Virus record (IMG/VR): IMGVR_UViG_3300020426_000391
Strand: one strand, 5' to 3'
Source: a virus
Taxonomy: Duplodnaviria; Heunggongvirae; Uroviricota; Caudoviricetes
Length of the DNA stretch: 64,000 bases
Under the pieces are notes generated by a model that searched no databases, was not told the origin of the DNA, and saw nothing but the letters and a program-made list of their open reading frames with translations. This document shows, in pieces, positions 1-8,840 of the stretch (position 1 is the first letter of the stretch; the number at the start of each line of letters is the position of its first letter). Made by a program: the position numbers and the translations under genes.

Positions 1-1455
1 GTTCGAGCAGGTGCTGTTCCACGCGCCGAAGCCGCCTTCGACCCAGCTGTAGGAGCACGCCGAGTAGTCCGCCACTGTCTGCGTGGTCGGGGGCTTGGTC
101 GCGGGGTTGCACTCGCTGTTGGCGACGGTCGTGCCGTCCGAACGGCGGCAGGTGACCGTCTGGTTCTGCGTCTCGCTCGCGGTGCACGAGGGACCCGGAT
201 CCTGGAAGCCGCCCTGGACCCACGCGTAGGAGCAGGACGAATAGTCCTCGACCGTGCGGCTGGTGGCCAGCTTGGGCTTCGTGCAGAAGCTGTCGGCGAC
301 GTCGCGGCCGTCGCTGCTGCGGCAGGTGACGGTGCGGCTCTGGGCCTCGTTCGCCGAGCACGACGCACCCGGATCCCGCCAGGCGCCTGGCACCCAGTCG
401 TAGGTGCACGAATCGTAGACCGGCTTCGTCTCGCTGACGTCGGGCTTGGCACCGTCGTCCTCGAGGCAGCGAGCTGCCATGTCGTTCGTCACGGTTCCGT
501 CGCTGCGCAGGCAGTTCACCGTGCGCGTGCGGTTGGCGGTCGAGGAGCACTGCGAGTCCCATGCCCCCCACGTCTGCGGATCCCAGGAGTAGTCGCAGCC
601 CGAGAAGTCCTCGACACTCTGGGTTGCGGCCGGCCGCTCCGCTGCATCGCACTTGGTGTCCGCCTCGACATTGTCGTCGAGATCGCGGCGGCACCAGACG
701 GCGCGGGTCTGCGTCTCGTTCGCGGTGCAGCTGTCACCCGGATCGGTGAAGTCCTCCTCGGCGTCCCAGCTGTACGAACACGAGGAATAGTCCTCACGCA
801 CGTCGATCGTCGTCGGCTTGCTGCCGGCATCGCACTGTCCGTCGGCGACCTGGACCTTGTCGAGATCGCGTTCGCAGAACACGTCGCGGGTCCACTCCTC
901 GGTGGCTGTGCAGTTCTGGCCCGGGTCGGCGAAGGGATCGCTCGAGTTCCACGAATAGGTGCAGGTCGAGTGATCGACGACCGTCCGTTCCGTCGTGGGC
1001 TTGGTCCCGCTACAGAGGGCGTCGGCGACCTTCACGTCATCGTAGGAACGCCGGCACTCCACGGTGCGCTGCTGCGCCTCTGCGTTCGAACAGGAGGGAC
1101 CCGGATCCTGCCACTGGCCTTGGTACCAGTCGTAGGAGCAGCCCGTGTCGATGAAGGACTGCTTCGAATCCTCGGGCTTGGGCCCCACGTCGCGGCAGTA
1201 GGAATCACCGACCGGGCGCTCGTTCACGACGCACTGGACGTCACGGCGCTCCTCGTAGGGACCGCAGGCGTTCTGCGGCTGGACCACGTTGCCGTTGGTG
1301 TCGTAGATGAGGAAGGGACTGACCCGCCACTCCGCGCCCTTGGTCGGGACGATGAGGGGCCGCCGCATGACGACCTCCTGGGCACTCGCGGCCATCGGTA
1401 TCGTGGCCGTCATCACGGCGCAGGCCGCACTCGCAAGCAGAATGGCACGTCTCAT
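1..1455 (-). CDS. secreted Cys-rich tandem-repeat protein; start codon near 1455, C-terminus runs off the window edge
   Basis: My own minus-strand translation: MRRAILLASAACAVMTATIPMAASAQE signal peptide, then at least 7 repeats of about 60 aa, each with 4 Cys and the core C-x-Y-x-W...W-x-DPG-x-C-[ST]-A-x-E-x-Q-x-R-x-V-x-C-R. The ORF has no stop before position 1, so it is missing from the ORF track. Confidence 0.6.
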   Translation of the reverse strand, partial: MRRAILLASAACAVMTATIPMAASAQEVVMRRPLIVPTKGAEWRVSPFLIYDTNGNVVQPQNACGPYEERRDVQCVVNERPVGDSYCRDVGPKPEDSKQSFIDTGCSYDWYQGQWQDPGPSCSNAEAQQRTVECRRSYDDVKVADALCSGTKPTTERTVVDHSTCTYSWNSSDPFADPGQNCTATEEWTRDVFCERDLDKVQVADGQCDAGSKPTTIDVREDYSSCSYSWDAEEDFTDPGDSCTANETQTRAVWCRRDLDDNVEADTKCDAAERPAATQSVEDFSGCDYSWDPQTWGAWDSQCSSTANRTRTVNCLRSDGTVTNDMAARCLEDDGAKPDVSETKPVYDSCTYDWVPGAWRDPGASCSANEAQSRTVTCRSSDGRDVADSFCTKPKLATSRTVEDYSSCSYAWVQGGFQDPGPSCTASETQNQTVTCRRSDGTTVANSECNPATKPPTTQTVADYSACSYSWVEGGFGAWNSTCSN

Positions 1456-1548
1456 GGTCAGCACTCTCGTCCGAATAGAATCACTCTGTGCAGAGCATAG
1501 AGGATTTTCAGGATGAGAGAAGAGGAAAAAGGCCACACATCCGGTATG

Positions 1549-1956
1549 TTACGCGCAAGAACCGCACCTGATCTGATCAAGGGTCAGATATTTTTCTCGC
1601 GATTCAATGACATCCGCCATACTGCGGTAGCGGAAGCCGAGGGCCTTTTCGGTGCGATCGACACGCTCCACGTCCTGCCTCGCTTTCAGGATGATGTCCC
1701 CTTCGCCGGTATGGATCCAGGAGTCGACATAGCTTTCGCGCCATATGCGCGCATGGAGGCAGGCGAGCGCCAGTGCGTCCTTCGTGTCCCCGTCCATGGC
1801 GGGCTGGTCGTCGGCGAGGCGGAGCAGCAGGGATCGGTGCGCTTCGATGGTCTTCCGGGTCTCTTCCTCTATGGAGGGATCGTCGAACGCTTCCCTGTCA
1901 CTGATCGCGTCCATGACGATCGAGCGGAGGATGCGGCGCGGAGGCATCTTGGCCAT
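1549..1956 (-). CDS. hypothetical protein (about 135 aa)
   Basis: C-terminal part of track ORF 1549..2655. Internal ATG (MAKMPPRRILRS...) sits 3 nt after the stop of the upstream FtsK-like gene; codon usage is coherent. Confidence 0.45.
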   Translation of the reverse strand: MAKMPPRRILRSIVMDAISDREAFDDPSIEEETRKTIEAHRSLLLRLADDQPAMDGDTKDALALACLHARIWRESYVDSWIHTGEGDIILKARQDVERVDRTEKALGFRYRSMADVIESREKYLTLDQIRCGSCA

Positions 1957-1958
1957 GG

Positions 1959-3290
1959 TCAGGCCGCTCCCCGCATCTGAACGACGTTCCCGTCCTCCGC
2001 TTCGTCTGATACCGGGCAGTCTTCGGAGATGGCCTCCGCCATGAGCTGCGCGTCCCACGGATCCATGTAGCTGGACTGTGCGAACTGGGCTCCCCCGGGA
2101 ACTCCGCCGATGATCGCCAGCATGTGCCCGGCTCCCATGAGGTCCTCTGCGCCGGCCTCGTCTATGACGAGGTTGGAATTGACCTTCGAGGACACCCGCA
2201 GGCAGATCTTGTTGGCGATGTTCGCCTTGATCTTGCCGGGGATCGTGATCTTGTCCGGACGCTGCGTCACGAGGATCAGGTGGATGCCGCAGGCCCGGCC
2301 CTTCGCCGCGAGCCTGGCGATCAGGCTTCCGGTGTCCTTGCGGTAGTCGTCGTCGATCATGTAGTCCGCCAACTCGTCGTGGACGACGTAGAGGCGCGGC
2401 ATGACCCGGGCATCGTGCTCCTGGAAGGAGACTTCCTGCACGGGGCCGTCGGTGGCGACCTTCACCTTCACCTGGACCTTGTCGATCTCTCCGCTGCGCA
2501 CGCGCTCGTTGAACGTGTCGAGATCGCGGGCGCGCGCCCCGCCGAGCAGGGCGTATCGACGCTCCATCTCGGCGACAAGGTCGACGTATCGCTGACTGGA
2601 CTCGTCCATCTCGGTGACGATCCCGCCTTCGAGGTGAGGAAGGCTCTCGAGCCACTGGTAGTCGACGCCGGCCTTCGGGTCGATCAGGTGGATGCGCGCC
2701 ATCTCCGGGGAGTTGGTGGCGCAGATGTCCATGATCAGATTGGCCGCGAGCACGCCCTTGCCGCCGCCCGATTCACCGGCGATGAGGGTGTGCGGCCCCG
2801 AGACCGGCTGCCCGCCGAAGGGGTGGGCGAGGTTGAGGTAGAGGAGTTCACCGCTGTCCTCGCGCTCTCCGACCACGAAGCTGGTGTTGTAGTAGGGCGC
2901 GGTTTCCGCGAGCTCACGGCGCTGCCACAACAGACCCGTCTCGGTCACGTGGCGGCTGTCGCGCTTGACCATGACCGCGATGTATCCCTTGCCCGGACGC
3001 ACCGCGAGGATGTCGAGACCCCATGTGGTGTAGAGATAGCTGCGCTTCTTCTCGATGCGATCGACCGAGATGTTGTCGTTGCCCTTGAAGAGCACGAGTG
3101 CGGCATTGGGCGTCAGCCGGATCGACTTGATGTCGGCCTTCATGTGGTAGGAGCGGAGAGCCTCCTTGAGGGTCTCGGCGGTGTCCGAGAGCCACGCGTC
3201 GGCATTCGCCATCTCGCCGCCGTCGTGATAGTCAGCGAGAAGGGCCGGGACGCTCTTGTGGAAGGTTCCGGTCTGCGCGATCTTGGTCAT
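1959..3290 (-). CDS. FtsK/SpoIIIE-family P-loop ATPase (single ATPase domain, no TM segments)
   Basis: Walker A GESGGGKG, Walker B LYVVHDELAD, and HLILVTQRP typical of FtsK/HerA-like translocases. The N-terminal 170 aa are an unknown domain. Confidence 0.7.
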   Translation of the reverse strand: MTKIAQTGTFHKSVPALLADYHDGGEMANADAWLSDTAETLKEALRSYHMKADIKSIRLTPNAALVLFKGNDNISVDRIEKKRSYLYTTWGLDILAVRPGKGYIAVMVKRDSRHVTETGLLWQRRELAETAPYYNTSFVVGEREDSGELLYLNLAHPFGGQPVSGPHTLIAGESGGGKGVLAANLIMDICATNSPEMARIHLIDPKAGVDYQWLESLPHLEGGIVTEMDESSQRYVDLVAEMERRYALLGGARARDLDTFNERVRSGEIDKVQVKVKVATDGPVQEVSFQEHDARVMPRLYVVHDELADYMIDDDYRKDTGSLIARLAAKGRACGIHLILVTQRPDKITIPGKIKANIANKICLRVSSKVNSNLVIDEAGAEDLMGAGHMLAIIGGVPGGAQFAQSSYMDPWDAQLMAEAISEDCPVSDEAEDGNVVQMRGAA

Positions 3291-3377
3291 TGTCGTTTTC
3301 CCTTGCGATCAGTCATTCGCATGCGCACCCACGCATGGGTTCAGGTGGCGACCGAAGGGCCGCCACCTGTGTTGTGT

Positions 3378-4097
3378 TCAGAGCTTTCCGATGATCTCGG
3401 ATGCGTATTGCGGCGCCGCGAAGGAGGTGCCCGTAGCGAGAGTCGGCTGACCGTCGCGGTCGATGGTGGGCACATCCTCGCCGACGCGCCATACCATGCG
3501 TTCGCGCAGACGGCCGTTCATCCGGGCGCTGAATTCCGAAGGGCGACCTTCCGCGTCCAGCGACGAGACGATGTAGACGTTGGCATCCGCCTCCTTGAGG
3601 ATCATGCCGCCCAGCGCCACGCCGCCCTGATTGCCCGCGGCGAGAACCACGGCGATACCCTTGTTGGCGGCCTCGATGAAGAGGTCACGCGTCTCGCTGT
3701 GCATCCGTCCGCTGAGCGATGCCTGGATCACATCGACGTCCATGTCGATGGCCATGCGCAGCGCGCGTCGGATGGCGCGTTCGTCGACCTCGCAGATGTC
3801 GCCGCGGCAGCGGTTCTTGTCGACGCGCATGCCGATGAAGCGCACGTTCGGTCCGGTCCGCTCGGCGATGATGTTCGCGACCATCGTTCCGTGCGAGGAG
3901 CGCATCTCCTCGCGGGGGTCCTCAGGATCGTAGAGGTCGTAGTTGCCGTCGACGCGGCCCGTGAGCGCACCGACCTCGGTGATGCCCGTATCCAGGACGG
4001 CGACGGTGATCGTGTTCCTGGTCTCCTGCGCGCTGATCTGCGTCGGCATTGCCAGCAGGGCCGCGATCGCGATGATGATCTTCTTCATTTTTTCCAT
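3378..4097 (-). CDS. secreted subtilisin-like serine peptidase (S8 family), minimal 239 aa form
   Basis: Signal peptide MEKMKKIIIAIAALLAMPTQISA. Catalytic triad motifs VAVLDTGI (Asp), HGTMVA (His), GTSFAAP (Ser). Confidence 0.8.
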   Translation of the reverse strand: MEKMKKIIIAIAALLAMPTQISAQETRNTITVAVLDTGITEVGALTGRVDGNYDLYDPEDPREEMRSSHGTMVANIIAERTGPNVRFIGMRVDKNRCRGDICEVDERAIRRALRMAIDMDVDVIQASLSGRMHSETRDLFIEAANKGIAVVLAAGNQGGVALGGMILKEADANVYIVSSLDAEGRPSEFSARMNGRLRERMVWRVGEDVPTIDRDGQPTLATGTSFAAPQYASEIIGKL

Positions 4098-4172
4098 CCT
4101 TGCAGATTATCTGCCCTAATCGCTCCTCGGAGCATTTTCGGAAAGTCGTTTTCCACCGGCGGGTGTGGATGC

Positions 4173-4202
4173 AAAAAAAGGGCCGCCCGTCATGGGCGGC
4201 CC
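4173..4202 (-). terminator. rho-independent terminator downstream of tRNA-Arg (minus strand)
   Basis: GC hairpin gggccgcccgtcatgggcggccc preceded on the plus strand by a7, which is a T-run on the minus strand. Followed by the conserved GCATCC motif. Confidence 0.6.
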
Positions 4203-4213
4203 TTCTCTGCGTC

Positions 4214-4290
4214 TGGTGCGCTCGACAGGATTCGAACCTGTGGCCCCCGGATTAGGAATCCGATGCTCTATCCAGCTGAGCTACGAGCGC
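4214..4290 (-). tRNA. tRNA-Arg (anticodon CCU), copy 1, CCA encoded
   Basis: Reverse complement folds as a cloverleaf: GCGCUCGUAGCUCAGCUGGAUAGAGCAUCGGAUUCCUAAUCCGGGGGCCACAGGUUCGAAUCCUGUCGAGCGCACCA. Anticodon loop is UUCCUAA. Confidence 0.85.
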
Positions 4291-4320
4291 ATGGGAGATT
4301 TTCCTCTCCCTATCTGGTAT

Positions 4321-4518
4321 TCATCTCTCCACGGACTGACAATCGTATGCCGATTCCTCGTGGTATTGTCCCTCGTCAGTCCTGATGGTGAGCATGGCTC
4401 CTCCGTCGAGGTCGCGCCGGATATTGGTGACCGTTCCTTCGATGGCCTCATCGTTCCGGTCGACCCGCACGCGACTTCCGCAGTGGAAGTCGGTCTCGTC
4501 GAAGTCGATCATGATCAT
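4321..4518 (-). CDS. hypothetical small protein
   Basis: Track ORF 4321..4563; likely start at the internal MIMIDFDETDF just after the upstream stop. Confidence 0.4.
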   Translation of the reverse strand: MIMIDFDETDFHCGSRVRVDRNDEAIEGTVTNIRRDLDGGAMLTIRTDEGQYHEESAYDCQSVER

Positions 4519-4522
4519 CCTT

Positions 4523-4825
4523 TCAGGATTGCGTTTCCTCTTCCTCGTGGATCTCGACATCATACATGAACATGTTGATGATCCAGTCCGCTCCCTCGGG
4601 GTTGTGCATCTCCGCCGCGGTTAGCATGAGACAGGGGAATCGTTCGGGATCCTCGTCCCAGAGCTTCTGGTTCGGGATCGGTCTATCGTTGCCCTGCCAG
4701 GCGTAGCTGCGGCCCTTGAGGCTCTCTTGGTATTCGTCGAGTTCCTCGCGGTTCCGGAAGAGGACCGGGTTGCGGTAGCCGCCGATGGTGGCGGCGATGC
4801 GGGCGTCGTTGTCGAGGTATTGCAT
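4523..4825 (-). CDS. hypothetical protein
   Basis: Track ORF 4523..4867; plausible start MQYLDNDARI. Confidence 0.4.
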   Translation of the reverse strand: MQYLDNDARIAATIGGYRNPVLFRNREELDEYQESLKGRSYAWQGNDRPIPNQKLWDEDPERFPCLMLTAAEMHNPEGADWIINMFMYDVEIHEEEETQS

Positions 4826-4962
4826 GTGCGTATTCCTTGGTGCGGCCTCATCGGCCGTAGATCTCAAGGCACGCGGATCTTTCTGCTTCAGTCCACGTGC
4901 CGCTCAGGCGGGGGTGCGGCTGAAGCCATTTAGTCGAGAATTCATTTTTCCATCCTTCATGA

Positions 4963-5916
4963 TCAGGCTGCCTTCCTTCGGCTGGCCAGGTCGATGACCT
5001 CGAATTCATTGGTCTCGCGCAGGGGGTTCTCAGGCTCGTCCACGTGCCCCTTGGGGTCGATGTGGATGATCACTTCCGTATCGGGGAATTCCTTGGCGAG
5101 GTCCGCCTCGATGTTGTCAATGATGTCGTGTGCCTCGCCGACGGTCACGTCGTCCGGCATGTCGACGTGGAACTGAGCGAAGTGCGTCGAACCGCTGGTG
5201 CGGGTGCGCAGATCGTGCAGGTTGGAAACCTCGTGGTGCTGGGCCACGATCAGGATCAGCTTCTCGCGGCGTTCCTCGTCCCATTCTCGGTCCATGAGAT
5301 GGTCGATGGCCTCGCTCGCGGTGTGCCAGGCTCCGTTGGCGAGCCATGCGGCGATGGCCAAGCCGCAGAGGGGGTCGATCCAGGTCACGTTGGTGAACGC
5401 CTGCGCGCCCATGGCGACGATGACCGACAGGTTGAGCAGGAGATCGCTCTTGTAGTGCATGGCGTCCGCCTTGATGGCGATCGAGCCGGTTCGCATGACG
5501 ACGAAGCTCTGGTATCCGATGAGCGCGAGCGTGAGGGCGATGGCGATTCCCGAGGCGATGATCGCCGGTCCTGTCGCGATATGCCCCGACGTAGGTGATG
5601 CGAGCTCCAGCATTGCCGAATAGGCGATGAGCAGGGCGGCGGCGCCGACGAGTGCCATCTGCGCGGCGGCACCGAGGGCCTCTGCCTTGCCGTGTCCGAA
5701 TCGGTGATCCTCGTCGGCCGGCTTGGCAGCGTAGGCGACGGCGATGAAGACCATCACCGAAGCGGCGAGGTCCAGGCCCGTGTCCGACAGACTGGCGAGC
5801 ATGGCGGTCGAGCCGCTGGCGAAGGCTGCCCATCCCTTGACCGCGAGAAGCGCGAGGGCGGTGCAGACCGAAGCGATGGCGGCGGAGCGGGTCAGTGCCG
5901 AACGTTCCGTTGTCAT
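4963..5916 (-). CDS. cation diffusion facilitator (CDF) family divalent-metal efflux transporter
   Basis: Six hydrophobic helices, HYKSDLLLN and H/D metal-site motifs, and a C-terminal cytoplasmic domain typical of CzcD/FieF. Confidence 0.8.
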   Translation of the reverse strand: MTTERSALTRSAAIASVCTALALLAVKGWAAFASGSTAMLASLSDTGLDLAASVMVFIAVAYAAKPADEDHRFGHGKAEALGAAAQMALVGAAALLIAYSAMLELASPTSGHIATGPAIIASGIAIALTLALIGYQSFVVMRTGSIAIKADAMHYKSDLLLNLSVIVAMGAQAFTNVTWIDPLCGLAIAAWLANGAWHTASEAIDHLMDREWDEERREKLILIVAQHHEVSNLHDLRTRTSGSTHFAQFHVDMPDDVTVGEAHDIIDNIEADLAKEFPDTEVIIHIDPKGHVDEPENPLRETNEFEVIDLASRRKAA

Positions 5917-6038
5917 GGCTTTTTCCTTTCGAAATTCATGTTGTGCAGCACTCTCCCCATGGAGAGATCCCCGCTCCGTGTTCGTATGGTCGCATTTTCA
6001 GGATGGGATGGGAACATGCCGCGTGCATGCGGCATGCC

Positions 6039-6230
6039 TCAGGCGGAGATGTCCGTCACCTCGATGCTCTCGATCATCCCGCCGCGGGCGCCGTAGGCAT
6101 CGAGGACCGTCATGCGGTCCCCGAGCATGTCCTCAGCCGCCTTCTTCATGGCAGCGGGATCGCCCTGCAGGTCCTCGTCCATCTCGAGATCGAGGACGAC
6201 CTTGGTCTCGACGCGATACTTGACCTTCAT
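6039..6230 (-). CDS. hypothetical small protein (63 aa), last gene of the nucleotidyltransferase operon
   Basis: Track ORF, 13 nt downstream of the NTase stop. Confidence 0.4.
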   Translation of the reverse strand: MKVKYRVETKVVLDLEMDEDLQGDPAAMKKAAEDMLGDRMTVLDAYGARGGMIESIEVTDISA

Positions 6231-6243
6231 GTCCGTTCTCCTG

Positions 6244-7233
6244 TCAGGCTGCGATCTGTGAGAGGTGGCGGGGGAGGACGATCTCCGAGATCATCTTCTC
6301 GATCTCTTCATCTTCCGGCTTGGGCGGTAGCACGCTGTCGATCCGGTCGAGTTCGTCGACGAGGCCCTCGAGAAGGGGCTGGATCTCCGGATAGGCGAAC
6401 TTGCCGAGCTTGATGGCGAGCAGTTCCTCGGCATCGGGACGCGGAAAGGTGATGCTGCCCGTGAGCATGAGCTCGTGCGCCTGACGCGCGACGCGCACCG
6501 CGTGGCTGACGGCCTTCCAGTCGACCCCGTTGCTATCCTTGGCCTTGCGCGCCCGGTCACCGTAGTTCTTCCAGACGGCGCCGTAGATCTTGGAGGCCTC
6601 CTCCAGGTCGTTGCGCATCGAGACCTTGCGGTCGCAGCACTCGATGTGGAGCATGTCCGGCGTATGTCCCGAGGAGAGGACGATCATGTTCGCCATCTCG
6701 ACGCGCTCGGTGAACGCGCGGAGATCGTCCTCGATCACCTCCAGCCGGGTCTTGGGGCCGTGCTTCTCCTTGGCTTCGGCCAGAAGGACGACGAGCTTCT
6801 CGACCGCTTCCATGCGGCTGCCCTTGACGCCGTATTTCGCGGCCTGCTGCTTGCAGTATCCGACGAAGCCCTTGCAATCCGCATTGAGCAGTGTGCGTGC
6901 CTCGGCGCGCAGTGTCTCCCATTCCGGTGCGGCCTCGACGATGCAGTCGTCGGGAGCGAACAGGATCTCGGTCGCGACGCCGTCGCCCAGCGCCAGCATG
7001 CGGCAGAACTTCTCCACCGAGTAGGACTGGTGGTCCACGGCGTCACCTGTGTTCTTGCCGGCCGCGTTCTTCGCCTTGATCGATTCGTCGAACACGTTCT
7101 CGGGACGCTGGAGGAGGATGCCCCTGCCGCTGGGAAGATGGACACCCTTGTAATCCTCGTCCGAAGATGGCGTGCTCGTGCCGTACAGGTGCGAACCGTG
7201 AACGGTGGTGACGAGCTTTCGGAGCGGCTTCAT
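6244..7233 (-). CDS. Pol-beta superfamily nucleotidyltransferase (about 330 aa) with a C-terminal helical domain
   Basis: hG[GS]-x10-D-x-[DE] motif VHGSHLYGTSTPSSDEDY; further acidic residues at GDAVDH and FAPDDC. Likely start MKPLRKL at residue 32 of track ORF 6244..7326, directly after the upstream stop. Confidence 0.6.
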   Translation of the reverse strand: MKPLRKLVTTVHGSHLYGTSTPSSDEDYKGVHLPSGRGILLQRPENVFDESIKAKNAAGKNTGDAVDHQSYSVEKFCRMLALGDGVATEILFAPDDCIVEAAPEWETLRAEARTLLNADCKGFVGYCKQQAAKYGVKGSRMEAVEKLVVLLAEAKEKHGPKTRLEVIEDDLRAFTERVEMANMIVLSSGHTPDMLHIECCDRKVSMRNDLEEASKIYGAVWKNYGDRARKAKDSNGVDWKAVSHAVRVARQAHELMLTGSITFPRPDAEELLAIKLGKFAYPEIQPLLEGLVDELDRIDSVLPPKPEDEEIEKMISEIVLPRHLSQIAA

Positions 7234-7460
7234 ACGTAGACCCTGCGTGCTTCGCGTGCCGCGTGCTCGGCGCGTGCACGGGCCATGGTGGCCGACGCGC
7301 TCTCGGCTCGTTTCTTCAGCGCGCACGAGACGTGCTGCGTGAAGATGGCGGTGTAGTCCGAAGGCTTGCCGCCGAACTTGCGAGCTCGTTCCGCGGCCGA
7401 GGGGACGAGCTTGATGGGCTTGCTGCAGATCGTGCAGTGACCCTTGGGCGTCTTGCTCAT
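7230..7460 (-). CDS. hypothetical small basic protein, possibly Zn-binding (C-x2-C ... H-x3-C)
   Basis: Internal start MSKTPKGHCTICSKPIKLVP... in track ORF 7230..7706. Its stop overlaps the NTase start. Confidence 0.45.
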   Translation of the reverse strand: MSKTPKGHCTICSKPIKLVPSAAERARKFGGKPSDYTAIFTQHVSCALKKRAESASATMARARAEHAAREARRVYV

Positions 7461-7687
7461 TTTCCGTCCTTTCCGATGTCTTTCCAGAACGGCTGCCATC
7501 CGGAGCTGGTCTCCAGCAGCTGTTCGATCTCGTAGGCGTAGGCCGCCTGGGCTCCGAGGAGCCTCTGCCGCCTGATGAAGCGCCATCTCGGTGTCTTCTC
7601 GCGGCTGCGCTCGATCTCGTCGCGATGCTTCTCGAGGCGCGAGAGGATGACGCTCACGGGAAGCAGATGGTCGACCGGTGCTTCCAT
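7457..7687 (-). CDS. hypothetical small protein (77 aa)
   Basis: Internal start MEAPVDHLLPV... with upstream GGAAAGGGA RBS-like sequence. Overlaps the downstream gene by 4 nt. Confidence 0.45.
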   Translation of the reverse strand: MEAPVDHLLPVSVILSRLEKHRDEIERSREKTPRWRFIRRQRLLGAQAAYAYEIEQLLETSSGWQPFWKDIGKDGK

Positions 7688-7928
7688 GGCTGGTCCCTTT
7701 CCGCATTCTCGGGCATTGTGGCGATGATAGGATGGGTCACCCGCCATCTCGGCCTGCATTTCCGCTTGCGGTCGGCTGCAGGCTCCGGTGAACGAGTGAC
7801 CCCCGTAGCCGCATCCCCCGTCTCGCCCTGCTGTGCAGGGTCCGACGAAGGGATGCGCCCGAGCGAACGCCCCTCATGTCTCGCCCTGCAGTGCAGGGTC
7901 CGAAGAAGGGCGCGCTGTTCGTGTTGCG

Positions 7929-8333
7929 TTATCCGACCGTGGTGTAGACCGGTATGGAGAGCTGGTGCACGACGCAGAACTCGCCGCGATCCTCTGCGGC
8001 CGTAACCGTCGCATCCTTGTCCGGGACGTTGGGGCAGTAGACCGGCTGGTCCTCCTCGCCCTCGCATCCCATGAGGACGAGGTATTCGGTGTTGATGTCG
8101 ACCGGCTCGTCCGCGAAGTCCTCGATCATCGAGAAGTCCTCGATGTCGTCTTCGAGGATCGGCTGGAGGAGGTACTTGCCCTCCAGATCCATCTCGGCGA
8201 GCTTCGCCATGACCGCGCCTGCGGCGGCGAGGGTCAGGACCTCGAAGCTGGCGAAGTCGACGGGGCAGGTTCCATCGCCCTGGATGTTGTTACCGTTCTC
8301 GTCCGCGAGCTGGTATCCGATCAACTTGGCCAT
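7929..8333 (-). CDS. hypothetical acidic protein
   Basis: Track ORF with coherent GC3-rich codon usage. Confidence 0.45.
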   Translation of the reverse strand: MAKLIGYQLADENGNNIQGDGTCPVDFASFEVLTLAAAGAVMAKLAEMDLEGKYLLQPILEDDIEDFSMIEDFADEPVDINTEYLVLMGCEGEEDQPVYCPNVPDKDATVTAAEDRGEFCVVHQLSIPVYTTVG

Positions 8334-8486
8334 CTTGTATCTCCGTTGCTTGATGAGGATTACCCCGCACGCTTCGTGCGGGCAGGGCCGATGGCGGACG
8401 ACACGTAGCCGTGGCCCGTCGGATGCCGCGCGCCCATCGCGTGCGGGGTTTCCTTTTCCTCCCCTCCCGGGGATTCACATGTTCGC

Positions 8487-8765
8487 TTAGCTCATTAGCC
8501 TTCTTGCGAAGGCAGCCGCCTGCGACATCGTCTCCTGGTCGAGATCGAGCCCGTCGCAGGCCTTCTGTATCATGGTCTCCGCATCGCTGTGGAAGCGTGG
8601 GGACTGGCGGGTCTCTGTCCGCGTCTGGTTGCTCGTATTTCCGATGGTGCTTCCCGTTCGGGCGGAGCCGAGGGTGAGCGTTCTGCGTGTCCTCTCGCTC
8701 ATGCGCGAGACGTCCACGTCTTGGCATTCTCTATCATGATGTTCCCTGTGGTCTTGATCGCTCAT
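8487..8765 (-). CDS. hypothetical protein
   Basis: Track ORF 8487..8816; likely start MSDQDHREHH. Confidence 0.35.
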   Translation of the reverse strand: MSDQDHREHHDRECQDVDVSRMSERTRRTLTLGSARTGSTIGNTSNQTRTETRQSPRFHSDAETMIQKACDGLDLDQETMSQAAAFARRLMS

Positions 8766-8840
8766 CCGGCGATCGGAAGGATTACAGCAGGATGGACCTT
8801 CGGGTTCAAGGTCCATCCTGATTTTTCCACTGCGCGTTCC

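Noticed and set aside
1549-2655. 368-aa minus ORF from the track
   Set aside because: Its N-terminal 230 residues are an Arg/Pro/Gly-rich alternative frame of the FtsK-like gene. Only the last 135 aa (1549..1956), starting right after the FtsK stop, looks like a real gene.
2124-4385. 753-aa plus-strand ORF
   Set aside because: It lies antisense across the FtsK-like and S8 genes and even spans the tRNA-Arg and terminator. Composition (D/V/L/R/G/A-rich) is typical of spurious antisense frames in GC-rich DNA, and no motifs are present.
4165-4569. Plus ORFs reading through tRNA genes (4165..4569, 44069..44254, N-terminal half of 48243..48674)
   Set aside because: They translate across tRNA-Arg or tRNA-Gly sequences and their terminators, so they are artefacts of the tRNA and hairpin sequence.
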